Assembly: GCA_964016885.1 (NCBI GenBank)
Contig: OZ024745.1
Span: 32,674,001-32,738,000, forward strand
Length of the DNA: 64,000 nucleotides
Reading direction: 5' to 3'
DNA from: Eledone cirrhosa
Lineage: Eukaryota
Below, in pieces: positions 25,801 to 40,800 of the stretch. Under the pieces are notes generated by a model, which had not been told where the DNA came from, did not search any database, and saw nothing but the letters and a program-made list of their open reading frames with translations. A program made the translations under genes and the position numbers. Within the stretch, counting starts at the first letter, position 1, and each line of letters opens with the position of its first letter.

Positions 25801-28800
25801 ATCAGAAGAACAAAGATAGCCACAGTACTAAATACCATCAGAAGAACAAAGATAGCCACAGTACTAAATACCATCAGAAGAACAAAGATAGCCACAGTAC
25901 TAAATACCATCAGAAGAACAAAGATAGCCACAGTACTAAATACCATCAGAAGAACAAAGATAGCCACAGTACTAAATACCATCAGAGGAACAAAGATAGC
26001 CACAGTACTAAATACCATCAGAGGAACAAAGATAGCCACAGTACTAAATATCATCAGAGGAACAAAGATAGCCACAGTACTAAATATCACCAGAGGAACA
26101 AAGATAGCCACAGTACTAAATATCATCAGAAGAACAAATATAGCCACTGTACTAAATACCATCAGAGGAACAAAGATATCCACAGTACTAAATACCATCA
26201 GAAGAACAAAGATAGCCACAGTACTAAATACCATCAGAAGAACAAAGATAACCACAGTACTAAATACCATCAGAAGAACAAAGATAGCCACAGTACTAAA
26301 TACCATCATAAGAACAAAGATAGCCACAGTACTAAATACCATCAGAAGAACAAAGATAGCCACAGTACTAAATACCATCAGAAGAACAAAGATAGCCACA
26401 GTACTAAATACCATCAGAAGAACAAAGATAGCCACAGTACTAAATACCATCAGAAGAACAAAGATAGCCACAGTACTAAATACCATCAGAGGAACAAAGA
26501 TAGCCACAGTACTAAATACCATCAGAAGAACAAAGATAGCCACAGTACTAAATACCATCAGAAGAACAAAGATAGCCACAGTACTAAATACCATCAGAAG
26601 AACAAAGATAGCCACAGTACTAAATACCATCAGAAGAACAAAGATAGCCACAGTACTAAATACCATCATAAGAACAAAGATAGTCACAGTACTAAATAAC
26701 ATCTGAGGAACAAAGATAGCCACAGCACTAAATACCATCAGAAGAACAAAGATAGCCACAGTACTAAATACCATCAGGGGAACAAAGATAGCCACAGTAC
26801 TAAATACCATCGGGGGAACAAAGATAGCCACAGTACTAAATACCATCAGAGGAACAAAGATAGCCACAGTACTAAATACTATCAGAGGAACAAAGATAGC
26901 CACAGTACTAAATACCATCAGAGGAACAAAGATAGCCACTGTACTAAATACCATCAGAAGAACAAAGATAGCCACAGTACTAAATACCATCAGAAGAACA
27001 AAGATAGCCACAGTACTAAATACCATCATAAGAACAAAGATAGCCCCTGTACTAAATACCATCAAAGGAACAAAGATAGCCCCAGTACTAAATACCATCA
27101 GAGGAACAAAGATAGCCACAGTACTAAATACCATCAGAGGAACAAAGATAGCCACAGTACTAAATACCATCAGAAGAACAAAGATAGCCACAGTACTAAA
27201 TACCATCAGAAGAACAAAGATAGCCACAGTACTAAATACCATCAGAAGAACAAAGATAGCCACAGTACTAAATACCATCAGAAGAACAAAGATAGCCACT
27301 GTACTAAATACCATCAGAAGAACAAAGATAGCCACAGTACCAAATACCATCAGAGGAACAAAGATAGCTACAGTACTAAATACCATCAAAAGAACAAAGA
27401 TAGCCACAGTACTAAATACCATCAGAAGAACAAAGATAGCCACAGTACTAAATACCATGGGGGGAACAAAGATAGCCACAGTACTAAATACCATCAGAGG
27501 AACAAAGATAGCCACAGTACTAAATACCATCAGAAGAACAAAGATAGCCACAGTACTAAATACCATCAGAAGAACAAAGATAGCCACAGTACTAAATACC
27601 ATCAGAAGAACAAAGATAGCCACAGTACTAAATACCATCAGAAGAACAAAGATAGCCACAGTACTAAATACCATCAGAAGAACAAAGATAGCCACAGTAC
27701 TAAATACCATCAGAGGAACAAAGATAGCCACAGTACTAAATACCATCAGAGGAACAAAGATAGCCACAGTACTAAATACCATCAGAGGAACAAAGATAGC
27801 CACTGTACTAAATACCATTAGAGGAACAAAGATAGCCACAGTACTAAATACCATCAGAAGAACAAAGATAGCCACAGTACTAAATACCATCAGAAGAACA
27901 AAGATAGCCACAGTACTAAATACCATCAGAAGAACAAAGATAGCCACAGTACTAAATACCATCAGAAGAACAAAGATAGCCACAGTACTAAATACCATCA
28001 GAAGAACAAAGATAGCCACAGTACTAAATACCATCAGAAGAACAAAGATAGCCACAGTACTAAATACCATCAGAAGAACAAAGATAGCCACAGTACTAAA
28101 TACCATCAGAAGAACAAAGATAGCCACAGTACTAAATACCATCAGAAGAACAAAGATAGCCACAGTACTAAATACCATCAGAAGAACAAAGATAGCCACA
28201 GTACTAAATACCATCAGAAGAACAAAGATAGCCACAGTACTAAATACCATCAGAAGAACAAAGATAGCCACAGTACTAAATACCATCAGAAGAACAAAGA
28301 TAGCCACAGTACTAAATACCATCATAAGAACAAAGATAGTCACAGTACTAAATACCATCAGAGGAACAAAGATAGCCACAGCACTAAATACCATCAGAAG
28401 AACAAAGATAGCCACAGTACTAAATACCATCAGGGGAACAAAGACAGCCACAGTACTAAATACCATCGGGGGAACAAAGATAGCCACAGTACTAAATACC
28501 ATCAGAGGAACAAAGATAGCCACAGTACTAAATACCATCAGAAGAACAAAGATAGCCACAGTACTAAATACCATCAGAAGAACAAAGATAGCCACAGTAC
28601 TAAATACCATCATAAGAACAAAGATAGCCCCTGTACTAAATACCATCAAAGGAACAAAGATAGCCCCAGTACTAAATACCATCAGAGGAACAAAGATAGC
28701 CACAGTACTAAATACCATCAGAGGAACAAAGATAGCCACAGTACTAAATACCATCAGAAGAACAAAGATAGCCACAGTACTAAATACCATCAGAAGAACA

Positions 28801-31800
28801 AAGATAGCCACAGTACTAAATATCATCAGAAGAACAAAGATAGCCACAGTACTAAATACCATCAGAAGAACAAAGATAGCCACAGTACTAAATACCATCA
28901 GGGGAACAAAGATAGCCGCAGTACTAAATACCATCAGGGGAACAAAGATAGCCACTGTACTAAATACCATCAGAAGAACAAAGATAGCCACAGTACCAAA
29001 TACCATCAGAGGAACAAAGATAGCCACAGTATTAAATACCATCAAAAGAACAAAGATAGCCACAGTACTAAATACCATCAGAAGAACAAAGATAGCCACA
29101 GTACTAAATACCATCGGGGGAACAAAGATAGCCACAGTACTAAATACCATCAGAGGAACAAAGATAGCCACAGTACTAAATACCATCAGAAGAACAAAGA
29201 TAGCCACAGTACTAAATACCATCAGAAGAACAAAGATAGCCACAGTACTAAATACCATCAGAAGAACAAAGATAGCCACAGTACTAAATACCATCAGAAG
29301 AACAAAGATAGCCACAGTACTAAATACCATCAGAAGAACAAAGATAGCCACAGTACTAAATACCATCAGAGGAACAAAGATAGCCACAGTACTAAATACC
29401 ATCAGAGGAACAAAGATAGCCACAGTACTAAATACCATCAGAGGAACAAAGATAGCCACTGTACTAAATACCATCAGAGGAACAAAGATAGCCACAGTAC
29501 TAAATACCATCAGAAGAACAAAGATAGCCACAGTACTAAATACCATCAGAAGAACAAAGATAGCCACAGTACTAAATACCATCAGAAGAACAAAGATAGC
29601 CACAGTACTAAATACCATCAGAAGAACAAAGATAGCCACAGTACTAAATACCATCAGAAGAACAAAGATAGCCACAGTACTAAATACCATCAGAAGAACA
29701 AAGATAGCCACAGTACTAAATACCATCAGAAGAACAAAGATAGCCACAGTACTAAATACCATCAGAAGAACAAAGATAGCCACAGTACTAAATACCATCA
29801 GAAGAACAAAGATAGCCACAGTACTAAATACCATCAGAAGAACAAAGATAGCCACAGTACTAAATACCATCAGAAGAACAAAGATAGCCACAGTACTAAA
29901 TACCATCAGAGGAACAAAGATAGCCACAGTACTAAATACCATCAGAAGAACAAAGATAGCCACAGTACTAAATACCATCAGAAGAACAAAGATAGCCACA
30001 GTACTAAATACCATCAGAAGAACAAAGATAGCCACAGTACTAAATACCATCGGGGGAACAAAGATAGCCACAGTACTAAATACTATCAGAAGAACAAAGA
30101 TAGCCACAGTACTAAATACCATCAAAAGAACAAAGATAGCCACGGTACTAAATACCATCAGAAGAACAAAGATAGCCACAGTACTAAATACCATCAGAGG
30201 AACAAAGATAGCCCCAGTACTAAATACTATCAGAGGAACAAAGATAGCCACAGTACTAAATACCATCAGAGGAACAAAGATAGCCCCTGTACTAAATACC
30301 ATCAAAGGAACAAAGATAGCCCCAGTACTAAATACCATCACAGGAACAAAGATAGCCACAGTACTAAATACCATCAGAGGAACAAAGATAGCCACAGTAC
30401 TAAATACCATCAGAAGAACAAAGATAGCCACAGTACTAAATACCATCAGAAGAACAAAGATAGCCACAGTACTAAATACCATCAGAAGAACAAAGATAGC
30501 CACAGTACTAAATACCATCAGAAGAACAAAGATAGCCACAGTACTAAATACCATCAGGGGAACAAAGATAGCCACAGTACTAAATACCATCAGGGGAACA
30601 AAGATAGCCACTGTACTAAATACCATCAGAAGAACAAAGATAGCCACAGTACTAAATACCATCAGAGGAACAAAGATAGCCACAGTACTAAATATCATCA
30701 GAGGAACAAAGATAGCCACAGTACTAAATATCACCAGAGGAACAAAGATAGCCACAGTACTAAATATCATCAGAAGAACAAAGATAGCCACTGTACTAAA
30801 TACCATCAGAGGAACAAAGATATCCACAGTACTAAATACCATCAGAAGAACAAAGATAGCCACAGTACTAAATACCATCAGAAGAACAAAGATAACCACA
30901 GTACTAAATACCATCAGAAGAACAAAGATAGCCACAGTACTAAATACCATCATAAGAACAAAGATAGCCACAGTACTAAATACCATCAGAAGAACAAAGA
31001 TAGCCACAGTACTAAATACCATCAGAAGAACAAAGATAGCCACAGTACTAAATACCATCAGAAGAACAAAGATAGCCACAGTACTAAATACCATCAGAAG
31101 AACAAAGATAGCCACAGTACTAAATACCATCAGAGGAACAAAGATAGCCACAGTACTAAATACCATCAGAAGAACAAAGATAGCCACAGTACTAAATACC
31201 ATCAGAAGAACAAAGATAGCCACAGTACTAAATACCATCAAAAGAACAAAGATAGCCACAGTACTAAATACCATCAGAAGAACAAAGATAGCCACAGTAC
31301 TAAATACCATCAGAAGAACAAAGATAGCCACAGTACTAAATAACATCTGAGGAACAAAGATAGCCACAGCACTAAATACCATCAGAAGAACAAAGATAGC
31401 CACAGTACTAAATACCATCAGGGGAACAAAGATAGCCACAGTACTAAATACCATCGGGGGAACAAAGATAGCCACAGTACTAAATACCATCAGAGGAACA
31501 AAGATAGCCACAGTACTAAATACTATCAGAGGAACAAAGATAGCCACAGTACTAAATACCATCAGAGGAACAAAGATAGCCACTGTACTAAATACCATCA
31601 GAAGAACAAAGATAGCCACAGTACTAAATACCATCAGAAGAACAAAGATAACCACAGTACTAAATACCATCAGAAGAACAAAGATAGCCACAGTACTAAA
31701 TACCATCATAAGAACAAAGATAGCCCCTGTACTAAATACCATCAAAGGAACAAAGATAGCCCCAGTACTAAATACCATCAGAGGAACAAAGATAGCCACA

Positions 31801-34800
31801 GTACTAAATACCATCAGAGGAACAAAGATAGCCACAGTACTAAATACCATCAGAAGAACAAAGATAACCACAGTACTAAATACCATCAGAAGAACAAAGA
31901 TAGCCACAGTACTAAATACCATCAGAGGAACAAAGATAGCCCCAGTACTAAATACTATCAGAGGAACAAAGATAGCCACAGTACTAAATACCATCAGAGG
32001 AACAAAGATAGCCCCTGTACTAAATACCATCAAAGGAACAAAGATAGCCCCAGTACTAAATACCATCAGAGGAACAAAGATAGCCACAGTTCTAAATACC
32101 ATCAGAGGAACAAAGATAGCCACAGTACTAAATACCATCAGAGGAACAAAGATAGCCACTGTACTAAATACCATCAGAAGAACAAAGATAGCCACAGTAC
32201 TAAATACCATCAGAAGAACAAAGATAGCCACAGTACTAAATACCATCAGAAGAACAAAGATAGCCACAGTACTAAATACCATCAGAAGAACAAAGATAGC
32301 CACAGTACTAAATACCATCAGAAGAACAAAGATAGCCACAGTACTAAATACCATCAGAAGAACAAAGATAGCCACAGTACTAAATACCATCAGAAGAACA
32401 AAGATAGCCACAGTACTAAATACCATCAGAAGAACAAAGATAGCCACAGTACTAAATACCATCAGAAGAACAAAGATAGCCACAGTACTAAATACCATCA
32501 GAGGAACAAAGATAGCCACAGTACTAAATACCATCAGAGGAACAAAGATAGCCACAGTACTAAATATCATCAGAGGAACAAAGATAGCCACAGTACTAAA
32601 TATCACCAGAGGAACAAAGATAGCCACAGTACTAAATATCATCAGAAGAACAAATATAGCCACTGTACTAAATACCATCAGAGGAACAAAGATAGCCACA
32701 GTACTAAATACCATCAGAGGAACAAAGATAGCCACAGTACTAAATACCATCAGAAGAACAAAGATAGCCACAGTACTAAATACCATCAGAAGAACAAAGA
32801 TAGCCACAGTACTAAATACCATCAGAAGAACAAAGATAGCCACAGTACTAAATACCATCAGAAGAACAAAGATAGCCACAGTACTAAATACCATCATAAG
32901 AACAAAGATAGTCACAGTACTAAATAACATCTGAGGAACAAAGATAGCCACAGCACTAAATACCATCAGAAGAACAAAGATAGCCACAGTACTAAATACC
33001 ATCAGGGGAACAAAGATAGCCACAGTACTAAATACCATCGGGGGAACAAAGATAGCCACAGTACTAAATACCATCAGAGGAACAAAGATAGCCACAGTAC
33101 TAAATACTATCAGAGGAACAAAGATAGCCACAGTACTAAATACCATCAGAGGAACAAAGATAGCCACTGTACTAAATACCATCAGAAGAACAAAGATAGC
33201 CACAGTACTAAATACCATCAGAAGAACAAAGATAGCCACAGTACTAAATACCATCATAAGAACAAAGATAGCCCCTGTACTAAATACCATCAAAGGAACA
33301 AAGATAGCCCCAGTACTAAATACCATCAGAGGAACAAAGATAGCCACAGTACTAAATACCATCAGAGGAACAAAGATAGCCACAGTACTAAATACCATCA
33401 GAAGAACAAAGATAGCCACAGTACTAAATACCATCAGAAGAACAAAGATAGCCACAGTACTAAATACCATCAGAAGAACAAAGATAGCCACAGTACTAAA
33501 TACCATCAGAAGAACAAAGATAGCCACTGTACTAAATACCATCAGAAGAACAAAGATAGCCACAGTACCAAATACCATCAGAGGAACAAAGATAGCTACA
33601 GTACTAAATACCATCAAAAGAACAAAGATAGCCACAGTACTAAATACCATCAGAAGAACAAAGATAGCCACAGTACTAAATACCATGGGGGGAACAAAGA
33701 TAGCCACAGTACTAAATACCATCAGAGGAACAAAGATAGCCACAGTACTAAATACCATCAGAAGAACAAAGATAGCCACAGTACTAAATACCATCAGAAG
33801 AACAAAGATAGCCACAGTACTAAATACCATCAGAAGAACAAAGATAGCCACAGTACTAAATACCATCAGAAGAACAAAGATAGCCACAGTACTAAATACC
33901 ATCAGAAGAACAAAGATAGCCACAGTACTAAATACCATCAGAGGAACAAAGATAGCCACAGTACTAAATACCATCAGAGGAACAAAGATAGCCACAGTAC
34001 TAAATACCATCAGAGGAACAAAGATAGCCACTGTACTAAATACCATTAGAGGAACAAAGATAGCCACAGTACTAAATACCATCAGAAGAACAAAGATAGC
34101 CACAGTACTAAATACCATCAGAAGAACAAAGATAGCCACAGTACTAAATACCATCAGAAGAACAAAGATAGCCACAGTACTAAATACCATCAGAAGAACA
34201 AAGATAGCCACAGTACTAAATACCATCAGAAGAACAAAGATAGCCACAGTACTAAATACCATCAGAAGAACAAAGATAGCCACAGTACTAAATACCATCA
34301 GAAGAACAAAGATAGCCACAGTACTAAATACCATCAGAAGAACAAAGATAGCCACAGTACTAAATACCATCAGAAGAACAAAGATAGCCACAGTACTAAA
34401 TACCATCAGAAGAACAAAGATAGCCACAGTACTAAATACCATCAGAAGAACAAAGATAGCCACAGTACTAAATACCATCAGAAGAACAAAGATAGCCACA
34501 GTACTAAATACCATCAGAAGAACAAAGATAGCCACAGTACTAAATACCATCAGAAGAACAAAGATAGCCACAGTACTAAATACCATCATAAGAACAAAGA
34601 TGGTCACAGTACTAAATACCATCAGAGGAACAAAGATAGCCACAGCACTAAATACCATCAGAAGAACAAAGATAGCCACAGTACTAAATACCATCAGGGG
34701 AACAAAGACAGCCACAGTACTAAATACCATCGGGGGAACAAAGATAGCCACAGTACTAAATACCATCAGAGGAACAAAGATAGCCACAGTACTAAATACC

Positions 34801-37800
34801 ATCAGAAGAACAAAGATAGCCACAGTACTAAATACCATCAGAAGAACAAAGATAGCCACAGTACTAAATACCATCATAAGAACAAAGATAGCCCCTGTAC
34901 TAAATACCATCAAAGGAACAAAGATAGCCCCAGTACTAAATACCATCAGAGGAACAAAGATAGCCACAGTACTAAATACCATCAGAGGAACAAAGATAGC
35001 CACAGTACTAAATACCATCAGAAGAACAAAGATAGCCACAGTACTAAATACCATCAGAAGAACAAAGATAGCCACAGTACTAAATATCATCAGAAGAACA
35101 AAGATAGCCACAGTACTAAATACCATCAGAAGAACAAAGATAGCCACAGTACTAAATACCATCAGGGGAACAAAGATAGCCGCAGTACTAAATACCATCA
35201 GGGGAACAAAGATAGCCACTGTACTAAATACCATCAGAAGAACAAAGATAGCCACAGTACCAAATACCATCAGAGGAACAAAGATAGCCACAGTATTAAA
35301 TACCATCAAAAGAACAAAGATAGCCACAGTACTAAATACCATCAGAAGAACAAAGATAGCCACAGTACTAAATACCATCGGGGGAACAAAGATAGCCACA
35401 GTACTAAATACCATCAGAGGAACAAAGATAGCCACAGTACTAAATACCATCAGAAGAACAAAGATAGCCACAGTACTAAATACCATCAGAAGAACAAAGA
35501 TAGCCACAGTACTAAATACCATCAGAAGAACAAAGATAGCCACAGTACTAAATACCATCAGAAGAACAAAGATAGCCACAGTACTAAATACCATCAGAAG
35601 AACAAAGATAGCCACAGTACTAAATACCATCAGAGGAACAAAGATAGCCACAGTACTAAATACCATCAGAGGAACAAAGATAGCCACAGTACTAAATACC
35701 ATCAGAGGAACAAAGATAGCCACTGTACTAAATACCATCAGAGGAACAAAGATAGCCACAGTACTAAATACCATCAGAAGAACAAAGATAGCCACAGTAC
35801 TAAATACCATCAGAAGAACAAAGATAGCCACAGTACTAAATACCATCAGAAGAACAAAGATAGCCACAGTACTAAATACCATCAGAAGAACAAAGATAGC
35901 CACAGTACTAAATACCATCAGAAGAACAAAGATAGCCACAGTACTAAATACCATCAGAAGAACAAAGATAGCCACAGTACTAAATACCATCAGAAGAACA
36001 AAGATAGCCACAGTACTAAATACCATCAGAAGAACAAAGATAGCCACAGTACTAAATACCATCAGAAGAACAAAGATAGCCACAGTACTAAATACCATCA
36101 GAAGAACAAAGATAGCCACAGTACTAAATACCATCAGAAGAACAAAGATAGCCACAGTACTAAATACCATCAGAGGAACAAAGATAGCCACAGTACTAAA
36201 TACCATCAGAAGAACAAAGATAGCCACAGTACTAAATACCATCAGAAGAACAAAGATAGCCACAGTACTAAATACCATCAGAAGAACAAAGATAGCCACA
36301 GTACTAAATACCATCGGGGGAACAAAGATAGCCACAGTACTAAATACTATCAGAAGAACAAAGATAGCCACAGTACTAAATACCATCAAAAGAACAAAGA
36401 TAGCCACGGTACTAAATACCATCAGAAGAACAAAGATAGCCACAGTACTAAATACCATCAGAGGAACAAAGATAGCCCCAGTACTAAATACTATCAGAGG
36501 AACAAAGATAGCCACAGTACTAAATACCATCAGAGGAACAAAGATAGCCCCTGTACTAAATACCATCAAAGGAACAAAGATAGCCCCAGTACTAAATACC
36601 ATCACAGGAACAAAGATAGCCACAGTACTAAATACCATCAGAGGAACAAAGATAGCCACAGTACTAAATACCATCAGAAGAACAAAGATAGCCACAGTAC
36701 TAAATACCATCAGAAGAACAAAGATAGCCACAGTACTAAATACCATCAGAAGAACAAAGATAGCCACAGTACTAAATACCATCAGAAGAACAAAGATAGC
36801 CACAGTACTAAATACCATCAGGGGAACAAAGATAGCCACAGTACTAAATACCATCAGGGGAACAAAGATAGCCACTGTACTAAATACCATCAGAAGAACA
36901 AAGATAGCCACAGTACTAAATACCATCAGAAGAACAAAGATAGCCACAGTACTAAATACCATCAGAAGAACAAAGATAGCCACAGTAGTAAATACCATCA
37001 GAAGAACAAAGATAGCCACAGTACTAAATACCATCATAAGAACAAAGATAGTCACAGTACTAAATACCATCAGAGGAACAAAGATAGCCACAGCACTAAA
37101 TACCATCAGAAGAACAAAGATAGCCACAGTACTAAATACCATCAGGGGAACAAAGATAGCCACAGTACTAAATACCATCGGGGGAACAAAGATAGCCACA
37201 GTACTAAATACCATCAGAGGAACAAAGATAGCCACAGTACTAAATACCATCGGGGGAACAAAGATAGCCACAGTACTAAATACCATCAGAGGAACAAAGA
37301 TAGCCACAGTACTAAATACCATCAGAAGAACAAAGATAGCCACAGTACTAAATACCATCAGAAGAACAAAGATAGCCACAGTACTAAATACCATCAGAAG
37401 AACAAAGATAGCCACAGTACTAAATACCATCATAAGAACAAAGATAGCCCCTGTACTAAATACCATCAAAGGAACAAAGATAGCCCCAGTACTAAATACC
37501 ATCAGAGGAACAAAGATAGCCACAGTACTAAATACCATCAGAGGAACAAAGATAGCCACAGTACTAAATACCATCAGAAGAACAAAGATAGCCACAGTAC
37601 TAAATACCATCAGAAGAACAAAGATAGCCACAGTAATAAATACCATCAGAGGAACAAAGATAGCCCCAGTACTAAATACTATCAGAGGAACAAAGATAGC
37701 CACAGTACTAAATACCATCAGAGGAACAAAGATAGCCCCTGTACTAAATACCATCAAAGGAACAAAGATAGCCCCAGTACTAAATACCATCAGAGGAACA

Positions 37801-40800
37801 AAGATAGCCACAGTTCTAAATACCATCAGAGGAACAAAGATAGCCACAGTACTAAATACCATCAGAGGAACAAAGATAGCCACTGTACTAAATACCATCA
37901 GAAGAACAAAGATAGCCACAGTACTAAATACCATCAGAAGAACAAAGATAGCCACAGTACTAAATACCATCAGAAGAACAAAGATAGCCACAGTACTAAA
38001 TACCATCAGAAGAACAAAGATAGCCACAGTACTAAATACCATCAGAAGAACAAAGATAGCCACAGTACTAAATACCATCAGAAGAACAAAGATAGCCACA
38101 GTACTAAATACCATCAGAAGAACAAAGATAGCCACAGTACTAAATACCATCAGAAGAACAAAGATAGCCACAGTACTAAATACCATCAGAAGAACAAAGA
38201 TAGCCACAGTACTAAATACCATCAGAAGAACAAAGATAGCCACAGTACTAAATACCATCAGAGGAACAAAGATAGCCACAGTACTAAATACCATCAGAGG
38301 AACAAAGATAGCCACAGTACTAAATATCATCAGAGGAACAAAGATAGCCACAGTACTAAATATCACCAGAGGAACAAAGATAGCCACAGTACTAAATATC
38401 ATCAGAAGAACAAAGATAGCCACTGTACTAAATACCATCAGAGGAACAAAGATATCCACAGTACTAAATACCATCAGAAGAACAAAGATAGCCACAGTAC
38501 TAAATACCATCAGAAGAACAAAGATAACCACAGTACTAAATACCATCAGAAGAACAAAGATAGCCACAGTACTAAATACCATCATAAGAACAAAGATAGC
38601 CACAGTACTAAATACCATCAGAAGAACAAAGATAGCCACAGTACTAAATACCATCAGAAGAACAAAGATAGCCACAGTACTAAATACCATCAGAAGAACA
38701 AAGATAGCCACAGTACTAAATACCATCAGAAGAACAAAGATAGCCACAGTACTAAATACCATCAGAGGAACAAAGATAGCCACAGTACTAAATACCATCA
38801 GAAGAACAAAGATAGCCACAGTACTAAATACCATCAGAAGAACAAAGATAGCCACAGTACTAAATACCATCAAAAGAACAAAGATAGCCACAGTACTAAA
38901 TACCATCAGAAGAACAAAGATAGCCACAGTACTAAATACCATCAGAAGAACAAAGATAGCCACAGTACTAAATAACATCTGAGGAACAAAGATAGCCACA
39001 GCACTAAATACCATCAGAAGAACAAAGATAGCCACAGTACTAAATACCATCAGGGGAACAAAGATAGCCACAGTACTAAATACCATCGGGGGAACAAAGA
39101 TAGCCACAGTACTAAATACCATCAGAGGAACAAAGATAGCCACAGTACTAAATACTATCAGAGGAACAAAGATAGCCACAGTACTAAATACCATCAGAGG
39201 AACAAAGATAGCCACTGTACTAAATACCATCAGAAGAACAAAGATAGCCACAGTACTAAATACCATCAGAAGAACAAAGATAACCACAGTACTAAATACC
39301 ATCAGAAGAACAAAGATAGCCACAGTACTAAATACCATCATAAGAACAAAGATAGCCCCTGTACTAAATACCATCAAAGGAACAAAGATAGCCCCAGTAC
39401 TAAATACCATCAGAGGAACAAAGATAGCCACAGTACTAAATACCATCAGAGGAACAAAGATAGCCACAGTACTAAATACCATCAGAAGAACAAAGATAAC
39501 CACAGTACTAAATACCATCAGAAGAACAAAGATAGCCACAGTACTAAATACCATCAGAGGAACAAAGATAGCCCCAGTACTAAATACTATCAGAGGAACA
39601 AAGATAGCCACAGTACTAAATACCATCAGAGGAACAAAGATAGCCCCTGTACTAAATACCATCAAAGGAACAAAGATAGCCCCAGTACTAAATACCATCA
39701 GAGGAACAAAGATAGCCACAGTTCTAAATACCATCAGAGGAACAAAGATAGCCACAGTACTAAATACCATCAGAGGAACAAAGATAGCCACTGTACTAAA
39801 TACCATCAGAAGAACAAAGATAGCCACAGTACTAAATACCATCAGAAGAACAAAGATAGCCACAGTACTAAATACCATCAGAAGAACAAAGATAGCCACA
39901 GTACTAAATACCATCAGAAGAACAAAGATAGCCACAGTACTAAATACCATCAGAAGAACAAAGATAGCCACAGTACTAAATACCATCAGAAGAACAAAGA
40001 TAGCCACAGTACTAAATACCATCAGAAGAACAAAGATAGCCACAGTACTAAATACCATCAGAAGAACAAAGATAGCCACAGTACTAAATACCATCAGAAG
40101 AACAAAGATAGCCACAGTACTAAATACCATCAGAGGAACAAAGATAGCCACAGTACTAAATACCATCAGAGGAACAAAGATAGCCACAGTACTAAATATC
40201 ATCAGAGGAACAAAGATAGCCACAGTACTAAATATCACCAGAGGAACAAAGATAGCCACAGTACTAAATATCATCAGAAGAACAAAGATAGCCACTGTAC
40301 TAAATACCATCAGAGGAACAAAGATATCCACAGTACTAAATACCATCAGAAGAACAAAGATAGCCACAGTACTAAATACCATCAGAAGAACAAAGATAAC
40401 CACAGTACTAAATACCATCAGAAGAACAAAGATAGCCACAGTACTAAATACCATCATAAGAACAAAGATAGCCACAGTACTAAATACCATCAGAAGAACA
40501 AAGATAGCCACAGTACTAAATACCATCAGAAGAACAAAGATAGCCACAGTACTAAATACCATCAGAAGAACAAAGATAGCCACAGTACTAGATACCATCA
40601 GAAGAACAAAGATAGCCACAGTACTAAATACCATCAGAGGAACAAAGATAGCCACAGTACTAAATACCATCAGAAGAACAAAGATAGCCACAGTACTAAA
40701 TACCATCAGAAGAACAAAGATAGCCACAGTACTAAATACCATCAGAAGAACAAAGATAGCCACAGTACTAAATACCATCAGAAGAACAAAGATAGCCACA